From: an uncultured Nitrososphaerales archaeon
GTDB taxonomy: Archaea; Thermoproteota; Nitrososphaeria; Nitrososphaerales; Nitrososphaeraceae
Assembly: GCA_963695855.1 (NCBI GenBank)
Contig: CAVOHZ010000008.1
Coordinates: forward strand, 416,001 to 480,000
DNA length: 64,000 bases
Direction of reading: 5' to 3'
The translations under genes and the position numbers were made by a program. A model generated the notes under the pieces. It saw only the letters and a program-made list of their open reading frames with translations. It did no database searches and was not told where the DNA came from. Each line of letters opens with the position of its first letter. The stretch's first letter is position 1. Positions 55,479 through 64,000 of the stretch are shown piece by piece.

Positions 55479-57245
55479 ATGTGTTCGATTATTGGATATG
55501 CTGGTAAGTCATCTGCGGCATCAGTATTAGTTGATAGCTTAAAAAGAATGGAATATAGAGGATATGATAGTGTTGGAATTGCGACTATAGAAAGTAGTAA
55601 AATCTTTGTCCGTAAAGATATTGGTAAAGTTATTGAAGTTGAAAAATCCCTTCGATTAGGAAATATGCCAGGGCAGGTAGGTATCGGACATACTAGATGG
55701 GCAACTCATGGAGGTATTACCCAAATAAATGCACATCCTCATACAGATTGTGAAAATGAGATTGTGGTTGTTCATAATGGGATAATAGAAAATTATAAAC
55801 AAATAAAAGAAGAGTTACTTGCAAATGGACATATATTTCAAAGTCAAACGGATAGCGAAGTAATTGCACATCTTATGGAACTTCATTATAAAAAAAAACA
55901 TGACGTGAAACAAGCAATTATTGAAACATGTAAGAGATTAAAAGGATCTTATGCATTTGTCGCTATTTTTAGATCAGGCTTAGTTGCAGGAACAAGACTG
56001 GATGAGCCTTTGATTGTAGGGTTGGGAAAAGATGGTAACTTCATTTCGAGTGATGTTTTGGGGTTTCTTGAATACACTGACAAATCTATATTTCTTGATA
56101 ATCAAGATATTGTCATTCTAGATGGACAGAATGTAAATTTTTTTGATTTTAATGGAAATGCAGTCTCTCGTCATGTTACACAGGTTGCATGGGAATTAGG
56201 TGATCTTGATAAAGGTAAATATGCTCATTATACCATAAAAGAAATACATGAACAGCAAAATTCAATCCTAACAGCATTTGGCACTAAAAAAGAGATAATA
56301 ACTACGTTTGTTGATATAATGTCGGAATCGAAGAATGTTTTTATTACTGGGAGTGGTACAAGTTTTCATTCTGCATTATTGGCAAAATACTTGTTAAATA
56401 AGTTCTCTAATCTTAGAACAGAAATAGTTATGTCCAGTGAATTTGAATACATGTTGGGTCCTTTAGATGAAAATTCAGTTCTGTTTGCAATCTCTCAAAG
56501 TGGTGAGACTGCTGATGTTTTACATTCAGTCAAAATGGCAAGACAAAAACATGCAAAAATCCTTTCAATTGTGAATGTTTCTACATCTTCTCTTGCAAGG
56601 CTTAGTGATCATTTTATTGCCATTAATTGCGGTCCTGAAATAGGTGTAGCTGCAACCAAAAGTTTTACAGGTCAACTAGCAATACTTTATTCTATAGTCG
56701 AAAAATTATGTCCTGATAAAATAGATATTAATGAATTTATGAATACATTTAATGATAGCATGCAAAAGATAATGTCATTAGAGTCACATATTGAAACAAT
56801 TGCAGAAAAAATTAAATCTTCCCAGGACATTTATATCTTGGGTAAATCTTTACATTATCCTATAGCTTTGGAGGGGTCACTTAAGATTAAAGAGCTAGCA
56901 TATATTCATGCAGAGGGAATAGCTGCAGGCGAGATTAAACATGGACCGTTAGCATTGATTGAAACTAACACTATTGTCATTGTTATTAATCCATGTGATG
57001 ATACATTTAATGATACATTAAATAGTGTTTATGAAATGAAATCTAGAGGGGCAAAAATTATTGGTATATCGAATCAAAACAATGACAATTACGATTATTT
57101 TATAAGACTTCCTACAATTGATGAATTGATGTATCCAATTCTTGAAATTATTCCATTACAATTACTCTCTTATTACTTAGCCTTAAAGAAAGATGCTAAT
57201 CCTGATTATCCGAGAAATCTTGCAAAATCAGTGACTGTGAGATGA
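55479..57245 (+). CDS. glmS: Glutamine--fructose-6-phosphate transaminase (isomerizing)
   Basis: N-terminal Cys (MCSIIG), EYRGYDS, GHTRWATHG, SQSGETAD, AATKSF, EIKHGP, PRNLAKSVTV. No intein. Confidence 0.98.
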   Translation: MCSIIGYAGKSSAASVLVDSLKRMEYRGYDSVGIATIESSKIFVRKDIGKVIEVEKSLRLGNMPGQVGIGHTRWATHGGITQINAHPHTDCENEIVVVHNGIIENYKQIKEELLANGHIFQSQTDSEVIAHLMELHYKKKHDVKQAIIETCKRLKGSYAFVAIFRSGLVAGTRLDEPLIVGLGKDGNFISSDVLGFLEYTDKSIFLDNQDIVILDGQNVNFFDFNGNAVSRHVTQVAWELGDLDKGKYAHYTIKEIHEQQNSILTAFGTKKEIITTFVDIMSESKNVFITGSGTSFHSALLAKYLLNKFSNLRTEIVMSSEFEYMLGPLDENSVLFAISQSGETADVLHSVKMARQKHAKILSIVNVSTSSLARLSDHFIAINCGPEIGVAATKSFTGQLAILYSIVEKLCPDKIDINEFMNTFNDSMQKIMSLESHIETIAEKIKSSQDIYILGKSLHYPIALEGSLKIKELAYIHAEGIAAGEIKHGPLALIETNTIVIVINPCDDTFNDTLNSVYEMKSRGAKIIGISNQNNDNYDYFIRLPTIDELMYPILEIIPLQLLSYYLALKKDANPDYPRNLAKSVTVR

Positions 57246-57321
57246 ATATTTTCTAAGAACAGGTAAATATTGATGGGCAATAGTTTTATCTTAGTATAAA
57301 GTAAAACTTATTGTATACAGT

Positions 57322-58431
57322 TCAAATAACTATATTCTCTTCTATTTTTGATTCATATTCTTTTTCTATATTTCTTAAGAGAGTCCGACTATTGACACGT
57401 CCTTTTGTTCTGATTATTGCTACGATCGATGTTCCTCCAGCACCTACTCCTTCCTTTACAAAACCTTCAGCAAAGGCTCTTAGTCCTTGTTTATTTGATT
57501 CCTTCATGTGTAGATCGACAGCCAGAATTCCTATTTCTCTATCTATAGAATAGACCAAATTTTCAAAATCTGACTGTAAATCATCCAAAATATAGTTTGT
57601 CGTTCCAATAATGATTTTATTTGTTTTTATTTCTAAACGTTTTAGGAATGTTAAAATCGCACACATCTGAGTACCTCCTGCTAACATCACTCTACATCCA
57701 TTTTCCAATGCTCCTGTGGCTATACCCGCAATAGATGGAATCATGGGGTCACCTAAATAAGAAACGGCGTTAAATGGTTGTTCTTTAAATTCTCCGAATT
57801 TAATCTTATTTCTTTCCATGCTTGATGCAATTATTTTATTTTTCAATTCATGTGGATTATTTGGCATACTGCTGCTTATTTTATAGGTGGCATCAATTCC
57901 CAAAGACAACATTACACCTAATGCTGTTGTGGTACCAGAAGGAATACTCTCCCCAAGGATCACTAGGTCATTATTTTTAGCAAGTTGTTCTCCAAGTAAT
58001 TTGCCATACAAATATGCTTTCTTTACATCTTCAAGGCTCATAGCTATTTCTTCAATTATATTGTTTCCATGTTTAAGATCAAAGGAAAAAAATGGTATAG
58101 CTGGTTTAATTTTTACCCCTGCGTCTACTACAATGAAGGGAATGCCAGCAATGTTTAACGAAGTTCTAGTAATAATTGCTGGTGTGGGTTTTCCATCTGG
58201 AGTTGCTGGAACTCCTTTAATACAAATACATTTACCATAATACAGGAATTCGGCATCTGCAGGTGGTGTAAATTTAATCAGGTTTGGGTTAGCTCCTGCA
58301 ACAGTTAATCCCTGAATTTTACTAGTTTCCGTGTGTGATATTACACAAACGAAGATTGGATTAATAATCTTTAAATCATTTAGATTGAATTTATTATTGA
58401 CTAACGTTATATCTTCAAATAGTTTTACCAA
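57322..58431 (-). CDS. cobT: Archaeal-type nicotinate-mononucleotide-dependent phosphoribosyltransferase CobT
   Basis: TPPADAE, PTPAIITR, GESIPSGTTTA, GDPM, LAGGTQM, GFVKEGVGAGG. Confidence 0.92.
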   Translation of the reverse strand: MVKLFEDITLVNNKFNLNDLKIINPIFVCVISHTETSKIQGLTVAGANPNLIKFTPPADAEFLYYGKCICIKGVPATPDGKPTPAIITRTSLNIAGIPFIVVDAGVKIKPAIPFFSFDLKHGNNIIEEIAMSLEDVKKAYLYGKLLGEQLAKNNDLVILGESIPSGTTTALGVMLSLGIDATYKISSSMPNNPHELKNKIIASSMERNKIKFGEFKEQPFNAVSYLGDPMIPSIAGIATGALENGCRVMLAGGTQMCAILTFLKRLEIKTNKIIIGTTNYILDDLQSDFENLVYSIDREIGILAVDLHMKESNKQGLRAFAEGFVKEGVGAGGTSIVAIIRTKGRVNSRTLLRNIEKEYESKIEENIVI

Positions 58432-58434
58432 ATA

Positions 58435-59061
58435 CTATTCTTCTCCGGTCATAAATTGAATAAACTCCTGTAGAGTTCTTGGAGCTAGAACATAATTCGT
58501 ATTCTTTTCTTCTCCTATAGTTGATACAGTCTTCATTCCATAGTTATGACCAGGGTAAACTCTTAATTCGTCGTTTAATTTAATTATCTTTCTCAACAGA
58601 CTGTCATACATTTCGTTCACATTGCCTCCTGGAAGATCTATACGACCACAATTTCCAACAAACAATGTGTCTCCAGTGAAAATTATTTTCGAGTCTACGA
58701 TTAAACAAATACTATCTTTTGAGTGTCCAGGTGTATGCAATATATCTATAACGATGTTTCCAACTCTTATTCTATCTCCATCTTTAACTGCAATATCGTG
58801 TCTATCCATAGAATTTTCGTGTTGAACAATTTGACAATTAGTAATGGCTAAAACTTGTTCATTTCCTAAAATATGATCAAAATGTGAATGAGTATTGATA
58901 ATGAATTTTACCCTGTATGAATTTCTTTTAATAATATCAAATATCTTATCAAGATCCCACGACGGATCAATAATTGCTGTTTCCTTTTCTTCTTCATCTA
59001 TAACAAGATATGTAAAATTTGCCATTTGACCAACTTGAATTTGTTCTATTTTCAAGGTCAT
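58435..59061 (-). CDS. Metallo-beta-lactamase fold hydrolase (glyoxalase II-like)
   Basis: THSHFDH, HTPGHS, FTGDTLF, GRIDLPGG, YPGH. Confidence 0.92.
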   Translation of the reverse strand: MTLKIEQIQVGQMANFTYLVIDEEEKETAIIDPSWDLDKIFDIIKRNSYRVKFIINTHSHFDHILGNEQVLAITNCQIVQHENSMDRHDIAVKDGDRIRVGNIVIDILHTPGHSKDSICLIVDSKIIFTGDTLFVGNCGRIDLPGGNVNEMYDSLLRKIIKLNDELRVYPGHNYGMKTVSTIGEEKNTNYVLAPRTLQEFIQFMTGEE

Positions 59062-59062
59062 G

Positions 59063-59794
59063 CTATATTATTCCACCCTCAACTTCCATTGGAATGCCTA
59101 TTTTTTTCAAATAGATTGTACCTGTATATTTTTTATTATCTAAAAGTCCATTTTTAATTCTGTGAAAAGTTATAGTACTATCAGCTTTGACGCAATGAGA
59201 ATTTATGTTACCAGTATCAGGGTCTAAACCTGAAGGTATATCTACAGCGATGACATGAGCTTTAGATTTATTTATTAAATCAATTATAAGTGCCTGAGGT
59301 TCTTTGATATCTCCTTTTATCCCAGTTCCAAAAATACCATCAATTATTATGTCAGATGCTAATATTTCATTCTTTATTTGTGTGTCTAATTTATAATATA
59401 TTTTTATGGTTTTATGCATTTTCTTGATTATCTCAAAATTTGTTAATGCTTCTTCTGTTTTTATTTTATTTAAATCTCCAAGTACAATTATTTTTATAGG
59501 TTTCCTGGAGTGAATGGATAAATGTCTTGATGCAACCATGGCATCGCCACCATTATTACCTGTCCCACAAACAACTGTAATTTTTAAATCGTCTATTTTT
59601 TTAAATTTCTTTAATATCAATTCTGCTATTCCATAACCTGCATTTTCCATCATCAAGATCTTTTTCATACCGAACTTGTTGTGACCCGCGTCTTCAATTT
59701 TGTACATCTGGTCTGAAGTTATCGGTATTTCTCGGAATTTCTCATCCTTCACCCTTTTCTGGATTTTTTTCAGACTATTAACTCGTATTATCAT
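59063..59794 (-). CDS. nnrE: NAD(P)H-hydrate epimerase (stand-alone YjeF_N)
   Basis: LMMENAG, CGTGNNGGDA, IDGIFGTG, AVDIPSG. Confidence 0.92.
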   Translation of the reverse strand: MIIRVNSLKKIQKRVKDEKFREIPITSDQMYKIEDAGHNKFGMKKILMMENAGYGIAELILKKFKKIDDLKITVVCGTGNNGGDAMVASRHLSIHSRKPIKIIVLGDLNKIKTEEALTNFEIIKKMHKTIKIYYKLDTQIKNEILASDIIIDGIFGTGIKGDIKEPQALIIDLINKSKAHVIAVDIPSGLDPDTGNINSHCVKADSTITFHRIKNGLLDNKKYTGTIYLKKIGIPMEVEGGII

Positions 59795-59817
59795 TTTTAT
59801 AATCTATCTCTTTTTTG

Positions 59818-60321
59818 TTAATATTTATTGATATTTTTGGGGAAGGGCATTTTAAATTCTGGTAATTCAAATTTTTTTGAAGCACTTTCTGAAACTACAA
59901 ATGTTTCACCAGTATAATTACATTTAATTTGTGGAAACTTTCTCTTACCTCTCAAAATATCTGCAACTTTGTAGTATTCGACAAGTTTTCTACTTGCATA
60001 TGTGTTTTCATGATTTTTTTTAATTCTTTTCTTACGCATGAATTTAAAAGCTAGAATTACATGTTTATTTTTATAATATCTAAACATATTTGCGATTGAA
60101 AAGCATCTTTCGATTTGGTCACTTGGAACATATAATGCATCGCCTGTTCCAGATTTGGCTTCAATTGCTAAGAAAATTCCCTTGTTGTTATTCACTGCAA
60201 CAATATCTGGTAAGCCAACACTTGAACCTCCAAGTCGTTTTGCTGTCCAATACCTATTGTTGAGTCTATTGACAATAAGATACTCGTAGCTATATCCTCT
60301 ACTTCTTCGAATGTTTCCCAA
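59818..60321 (-). CDS. Hjc-like PD-(D/E)xK nuclease (Holliday junction resolvase family)
   Basis: RGYSYE (helix-1 Glu), LPDIVAV, AIEAKS; basic. Confidence 0.75.
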   Translation of the reverse strand: MGNIRRSRGYSYEYLIVNRLNNRYWTAKRLGGSSVGLPDIVAVNNNKGIFLAIEAKSGTGDALYVPSDQIERCFSIANMFRYYKNKHVILAFKFMRKKRIKKNHENTYASRKLVEYYKVADILRGKRKFPQIKCNYTGETFVVSESASKKFELPEFKMPFPKNINKY

Positions 60322-60432
60322 ACTAATCTTAATCTCTTATTGCCATGTTAAAACCTTGTTTACGAATTTAATTAAAGAAAGAAATCAGATTATTTACAAA
60401 AGATATTATTATGAAAAATAGAACTTGTTAAC

Positions 60433-61053
60433 GTGCTGCCTCTGAATATTAAAAATTCATTAGATATTGTATATGAAGAGTTGAAAAATATAGAAAATAG
60501 ACGAGAACACCTTATCAAAGAATCTCGAGAATTAATAATCCTGTGTAGCCAAACAATAATAGAAGTACATCAAAATAATCTAGAAGCGAGTCAATCTAAA
60601 TTAGAGAAAGCAAAAGCATTATACTTTTCATTAAAAGATTATGCCAAACAAGATCTATCAAGATACCTCTCTATTTCAGAACAAGAACTGGTAGAAGCCA
60701 GTATAGTGTTAGGAATTGCAAAAAATAAATCTTTTCCTAGTTTGGGTGAGATGAATGTTTCAAGTCAGTCATATCTTTTGGGGTTTTTAGATAGCATTGG
60801 AGAGATAAAGCGAATGATTTATGATAAGGTTAGATTGGGAAACTATAATGAGGCTGAAATTTTATTCATTCAGATGCAGGAGATTTTTAATGCCATTTAT
60901 CCATTTGCAGTTTACGATAACTTTGTTTCTGGAATTAGAAAGAAATTGGATGTATGTAGAATATTGATTGAAAATACACGGGAATTGATGACTGAAGAAT
61001 CAAGAAGGTCTATACTTATTCAGTCTCTTGACAAGTTAAACGATAATGAATGA
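60433..61053 (+). CDS. Translin/TRAX family protein
   Basis: RE.LIKESR, QELVEA, YLLGFLDSIGEIKR, RKKLD. Confidence 0.88.
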   Translation: MLPLNIKNSLDIVYEELKNIENRREHLIKESRELIILCSQTIIEVHQNNLEASQSKLEKAKALYFSLKDYAKQDLSRYLSISEQELVEASIVLGIAKNKSFPSLGEMNVSSQSYLLGFLDSIGEIKRMIYDKVRLGNYNEAEILFIQMQEIFNAIYPFAVYDNFVSGIRKKLDVCRILIENTRELMTEESRRSILIQSLDKLNDNE

Positions 61054-61139
61054 GTAAAAATCTATTCGTCCAGAGTGAAATAATATTTAATAAAAAGTAA
61101 AGTTAATTAGAAACTACACTAAAGCTTTTTCGTATTTAT

Positions 61140-63263
61140 ATGGTGGATAGTGAAAAAGTACGAAGAATATTTGATGATAATGTTCAAAAAGGTAGCAAAA
61201 TAATTACAGAAGAATCAGCAAAATCCATTTTATCTGAATATGGTATAAAGGTGCCAGAATATTCTATAGTTACTAGTGATTCTGAAGCTCTAGTAAAGTC
61301 AAGAGAAATAGGTTTTCCTCTAGTGGCCAAAATAGTATCTGATCAAATTTTACACAAAACAGATGTACAAGGAGTCAAGGTTGGGTTACAAAATGAAGAG
61401 GAAACAAAAGAAGCATTTTTAGACATGCATGGTCGTCTGTCAAAAGAATATGATGTTAAGGGGGTATTATTAGAAAAGATGGTTCCTAAAGGAATCGAAT
61501 TAATAGTAGGATTACAAAATGATCCTCAATTCGGACCAGTGATCATGCTAGGTCTAGGAGGAATTTATACTGAATTATTTAAGGACATTTGCTTTAGAGT
61601 ACTTCCAATTACAAAAGAAGATGCATTGGATATGATTAATGATTTGAAAGGAAACAAAATTCTTAAAGGATTTAGAGGATCGGAACCTGTTGACTTGGAT
61701 ATTTTATGTGATGCTATTGTTAAAATTGGCAATCTCGGTACTGATATGGCAAAATATATTGATAGCGTAGACTTTAATCCTATTATTGTATATCCTCAAA
61801 ATTACTATGTTGTAGATGCCAAGATTCTATTAAAGACAAGCGTGAATGAAGATACAATTTCTAATTCTGTTCCAGATTCAAGCTATATGGATATCTTTTT
61901 TAATGCTAAATCAATTGCATTAATAGGGGCTTCTCCTGAGGAAAACAAAGTAGGAAATTCTGTTCTCAAAAGCCTTTCAAAATATGATTATAAAGGAAAA
62001 ATTTTTCCCGTGAATGCAAAAGGCTATGACCATATACTTGATCTAAAGGCGTATAAAAGTTTAGACGCCATTGACGAACCAGTTGATTTGGTGATAGTTA
62101 CAGTTGATCTTAAATTTGTTCCAGATATATTGGAAACATGCGGCAAAAAAGGAATCCATAACATGGTCATAATTTCTGGTGGTGGTAAGGAACTTGGTGG
62201 TGAAAGAGCTGAAATAGAGCAAAAAATCAAAGATTTGTCTTCTAAATTACATGTAAGGATAATAGGACCAAATTGTATCGGGATGTTTAATGGAGAAAAT
62301 AGACTTGATTGTGCATTCCAAGGACACGAAAGAATGATACGACCCAAAAAAGGTGACGTCGCATTTTTGTCTCAGAGTGGTACTATTGGAATAGCATTTA
62401 TGGAAACCTCTGACTCCTTTGGAATGAGTAAGATGATCTCATATGGAAACCGTTCCGATGTTGATGAGGCAGATATGATCTGGTATCTTTCTGAAGACCC
62501 TAAAACCTCTGTCATCGGGTTATATGTAGAGGGGCTTGGTGATGGCAGAAAATTTATGAATACTGCCAAGAACGTAATAAAGAATAAGAAAAAACCAATA
62601 GTAGTTTTTAAAAACGGCAGGTCACAACGAGGGGCTAAACAAGCAGAGTCTCATACAGGATCGCTGGGTGGTTCATATGCGGTAGTAAAGGGTGCTTTTG
62701 ATCAAGCCGGAATTATTTCTGTTGATAGCTATGAAGAACTAACTGGTACATTAAAAGCATTGACTTGGCAACCAATTCCGCAAGGAAATAGAGTAGCATT
62801 AGTAACAAATGGAGCAGGACCTGTAATAGCCGCAATAGATCATTTTGAAAGGTTATCTTTAAAGATAGCAGAGATGAGTGAAGAGAGTAAAAAGAAATTT
62901 CATGAACACTATCCTTCAACATATGTTATAGGAAATCCATTGGATGTTACTGGATCCGCTAATGCAGATGATTATAAATTTGCTATACAGACATTCTTAG
63001 ATGATCCCGAAGTCGATATTATTATGCCCTGGTTTGTTTTTCAAGACGACCCATTGGAAGAGACAATAGTAAATATCCTTGCTGATTTTCAGAAAGAGAA
63101 GAAAAAACCTATCTTGATAGGTGCACTCGGAGGACCATTTACTCAAGAAATCTCAAAACGAATAGAAGAAAATAACGTACCTGTTTATCATTCTGTCCTC
63201 TCCTGGGTAACAGCCGCTGGAAGTTTGGCACAATGGTCAAAACTAACTAACAATAATTCTTAA
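61140..63263 (+). CDS. 3-hydroxypropionate--CoA ligase (ADP-forming) of the thaumarchaeal 3HP/4HB cycle
   Basis: ATP-grasp domain first ([26 protein letters not shown]), then CoA-binding and ligase domains (IGAS, GPNCIG, SQSG, SHTGSL). From recollection this domain order matches the 3HP ligase rather than the 4HB ligase. Confidence 0.85.
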   Translation: MVDSEKVRRIFDDNVQKGSKIITEESAKSILSEYGIKVPEYSIVTSDSEALVKSREIGFPLVAKIVSDQILHKTDVQGVKVGLQNEEETKEAFLDMHGRLSKEYDVKGVLLEKMVPKGIELIVGLQNDPQFGPVIMLGLGGIYTELFKDICFRVLPITKEDALDMINDLKGNKILKGFRGSEPVDLDILCDAIVKIGNLGTDMAKYIDSVDFNPIIVYPQNYYVVDAKILLKTSVNEDTISNSVPDSSYMDIFFNAKSIALIGASPEENKVGNSVLKSLSKYDYKGKIFPVNAKGYDHILDLKAYKSLDAIDEPVDLVIVTVDLKFVPDILETCGKKGIHNMVIISGGGKELGGERAEIEQKIKDLSSKLHVRIIGPNCIGMFNGENRLDCAFQGHERMIRPKKGDVAFLSQSGTIGIAFMETSDSFGMSKMISYGNRSDVDEADMIWYLSEDPKTSVIGLYVEGLGDGRKFMNTAKNVIKNKKKPIVVFKNGRSQRGAKQAESHTGSLGGSYAVVKGAFDQAGIISVDSYEELTGTLKALTWQPIPQGNRVALVTNGAGPVIAAIDHFERLSLKIAEMSEESKKKFHEHYPSTYVIGNPLDVTGSANADDYKFAIQTFLDDPEVDIIMPWFVFQDDPLEETIVNILADFQKEKKKPILIGALGGPFTQEISKRIEENNVPVYHSVLSWVTAAGSLAQWSKLTNNNS

Positions 63264-63316
63264 TTTTTTTAGATCAGGCAAAATTTATATTGTTTTAAAA
63301 AGATATTAATAATAAA

Positions 63317-63667
63317 ATGGAAAGCTCTCAGCAATCACAAATAGTAACTGTAACCCCAAAAGCTGCAGAAAAGGTTATTGAATTTATGAAGCAAGAAGAA
63401 AAGGAAAGTCTTTTCTTACGAGTCTACGTAACCGGTGGAGGATGCTCCGGATTATCATATGGAATGGGGTTTGAAGAAAATGCAGAAGAAGATGATTATA
63501 TGATTGAACAAAATGGGGTAAAAATCATAATCGATAATTATAGTCAGAGATATCTAAATGGAGCAAGCATAGATTATATAGATAGTCTAATGGGATCTGG
63601 ATTCAAGATTAATAATCCCAACGTAACTAAAAGCTGTTCTTGCGGACACTCATTCTCAACAGAATAA
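63317..63667 (+). CDS. erpA: A-type Fe-S carrier (ErpA/IscA/HesB)
   Basis: GGGCSGLSY, IDY, GFKINNPN, CSCGHSF. Confidence 0.93.
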   Translation: MESSQQSQIVTVTPKAAEKVIEFMKQEEKESLFLRVYVTGGGCSGLSYGMGFEENAEEDDYMIEQNGVKIIIDNYSQRYLNGASIDYIDSLMGSGFKINNPNVTKSCSCGHSFSTE

Positions 63668-63843
63668 CAACTTTTTTTAAACATTATATTTTTTCATACG
63701 TTTAGGATCTATCTATTTAATTATTTTTTAAATTTTTTTAATTACATATAAAATCAGTTTAATGATAAACGGATTTTCAAAAAATAAACCAAGGAGATTG
63801 AATAAATTAATTATGCTTTAGCAAAAAGAAAAGAAAAGATATC

Positions 63844-64000
63844 TTATGGCCAAATTCCTCTAATTTTTGTTGCCTCTACAACTCTATTTATAGCAAGTAA
63901 AGTGGCAGCCTTTCTCATATCCACGTTATATTTGTTTAGTGCATCATAAACGTCATGGAATGATTTAGTGATGTTCTTGTCTAGTCTGTTATTTACTTCC
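63844..64000 (-). CDS. gdhA: Glutamate dehydrogenase, 3' end (partial)
   Basis: Manual translation: ...EVNNRLDKNITKSFHDVYDALNKYNVDMRKAATLLAINRVVEATKIRGIWP*, the characteristic GDH C-terminus. Confidence 0.88.
   Translation of the reverse strand, partial: EVNNRLDKNITKSFHDVYDALNKYNVDMRKAATLLAINRVVEATKIRGIWP

Noticed and set aside
9331-62922. Many 60-125 aa ORFs antisense to or overlapping polB, tuf, fumarase, cobT, ABCE1 and other genes
   Set aside because: Shadow ORFs of well-supported genes

Overview
This window is AT-rich archaeal chromosomal DNA from an ammonia-oxidising archaeon (Nitrososphaerota/Thaumarchaeota, most likely Nitrososphaeraceae, Nitrosocosmicus-like). The assignment rests on the 16S/23S sequence, the unlinked 5S gene, the ADP-forming 3-hydroxypropionyl-CoA synthetase, the transketolase-Rpe fusion and the scattered ribosomal-protein genes. 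Most of it is core genome: a 16S-23S operon with visible bulge-helix-bulge processing stems, PolB, TatC, EF-1alpha/uS10, eL32/eL19, eL39/eL31, uS13/uS4, GINS, TBP, ABCE1, SOD, a non-oxidative pentose-phosphate operon, GlmS, CobT, ErpA and the 3' end of GDH. Three things are not explained by the ORF track. (1) Gene decay: glnA has lost its catalytic core and carries a nonsense codon while gdhA lies at the window edge, hemL has a 1-bp frameshift, a Zn-alcohol dehydrogenase has several lesions, and there is an IS6-type transposase relic. (2) At least five microproteins under 60 aa besides eL39, three of them Cys/His zinc-finger types with archaeal promoter-like elements upstream. (3) Two candidate uncharacterised systems: a four-gene tandem of two different AAA+/VWA pairs preceded by a 34-aa acidic ORF, and a wHTH/sensor-domain regulator divergent from glmS with a repeated 17-bp candidate operator. 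No CRISPR array, provirus, tRNA or intein was seen. I cannot show from sequence alone that any system here is new; the candidates are hypotheses, and all family assignments come from motif recognition rather than database searches.
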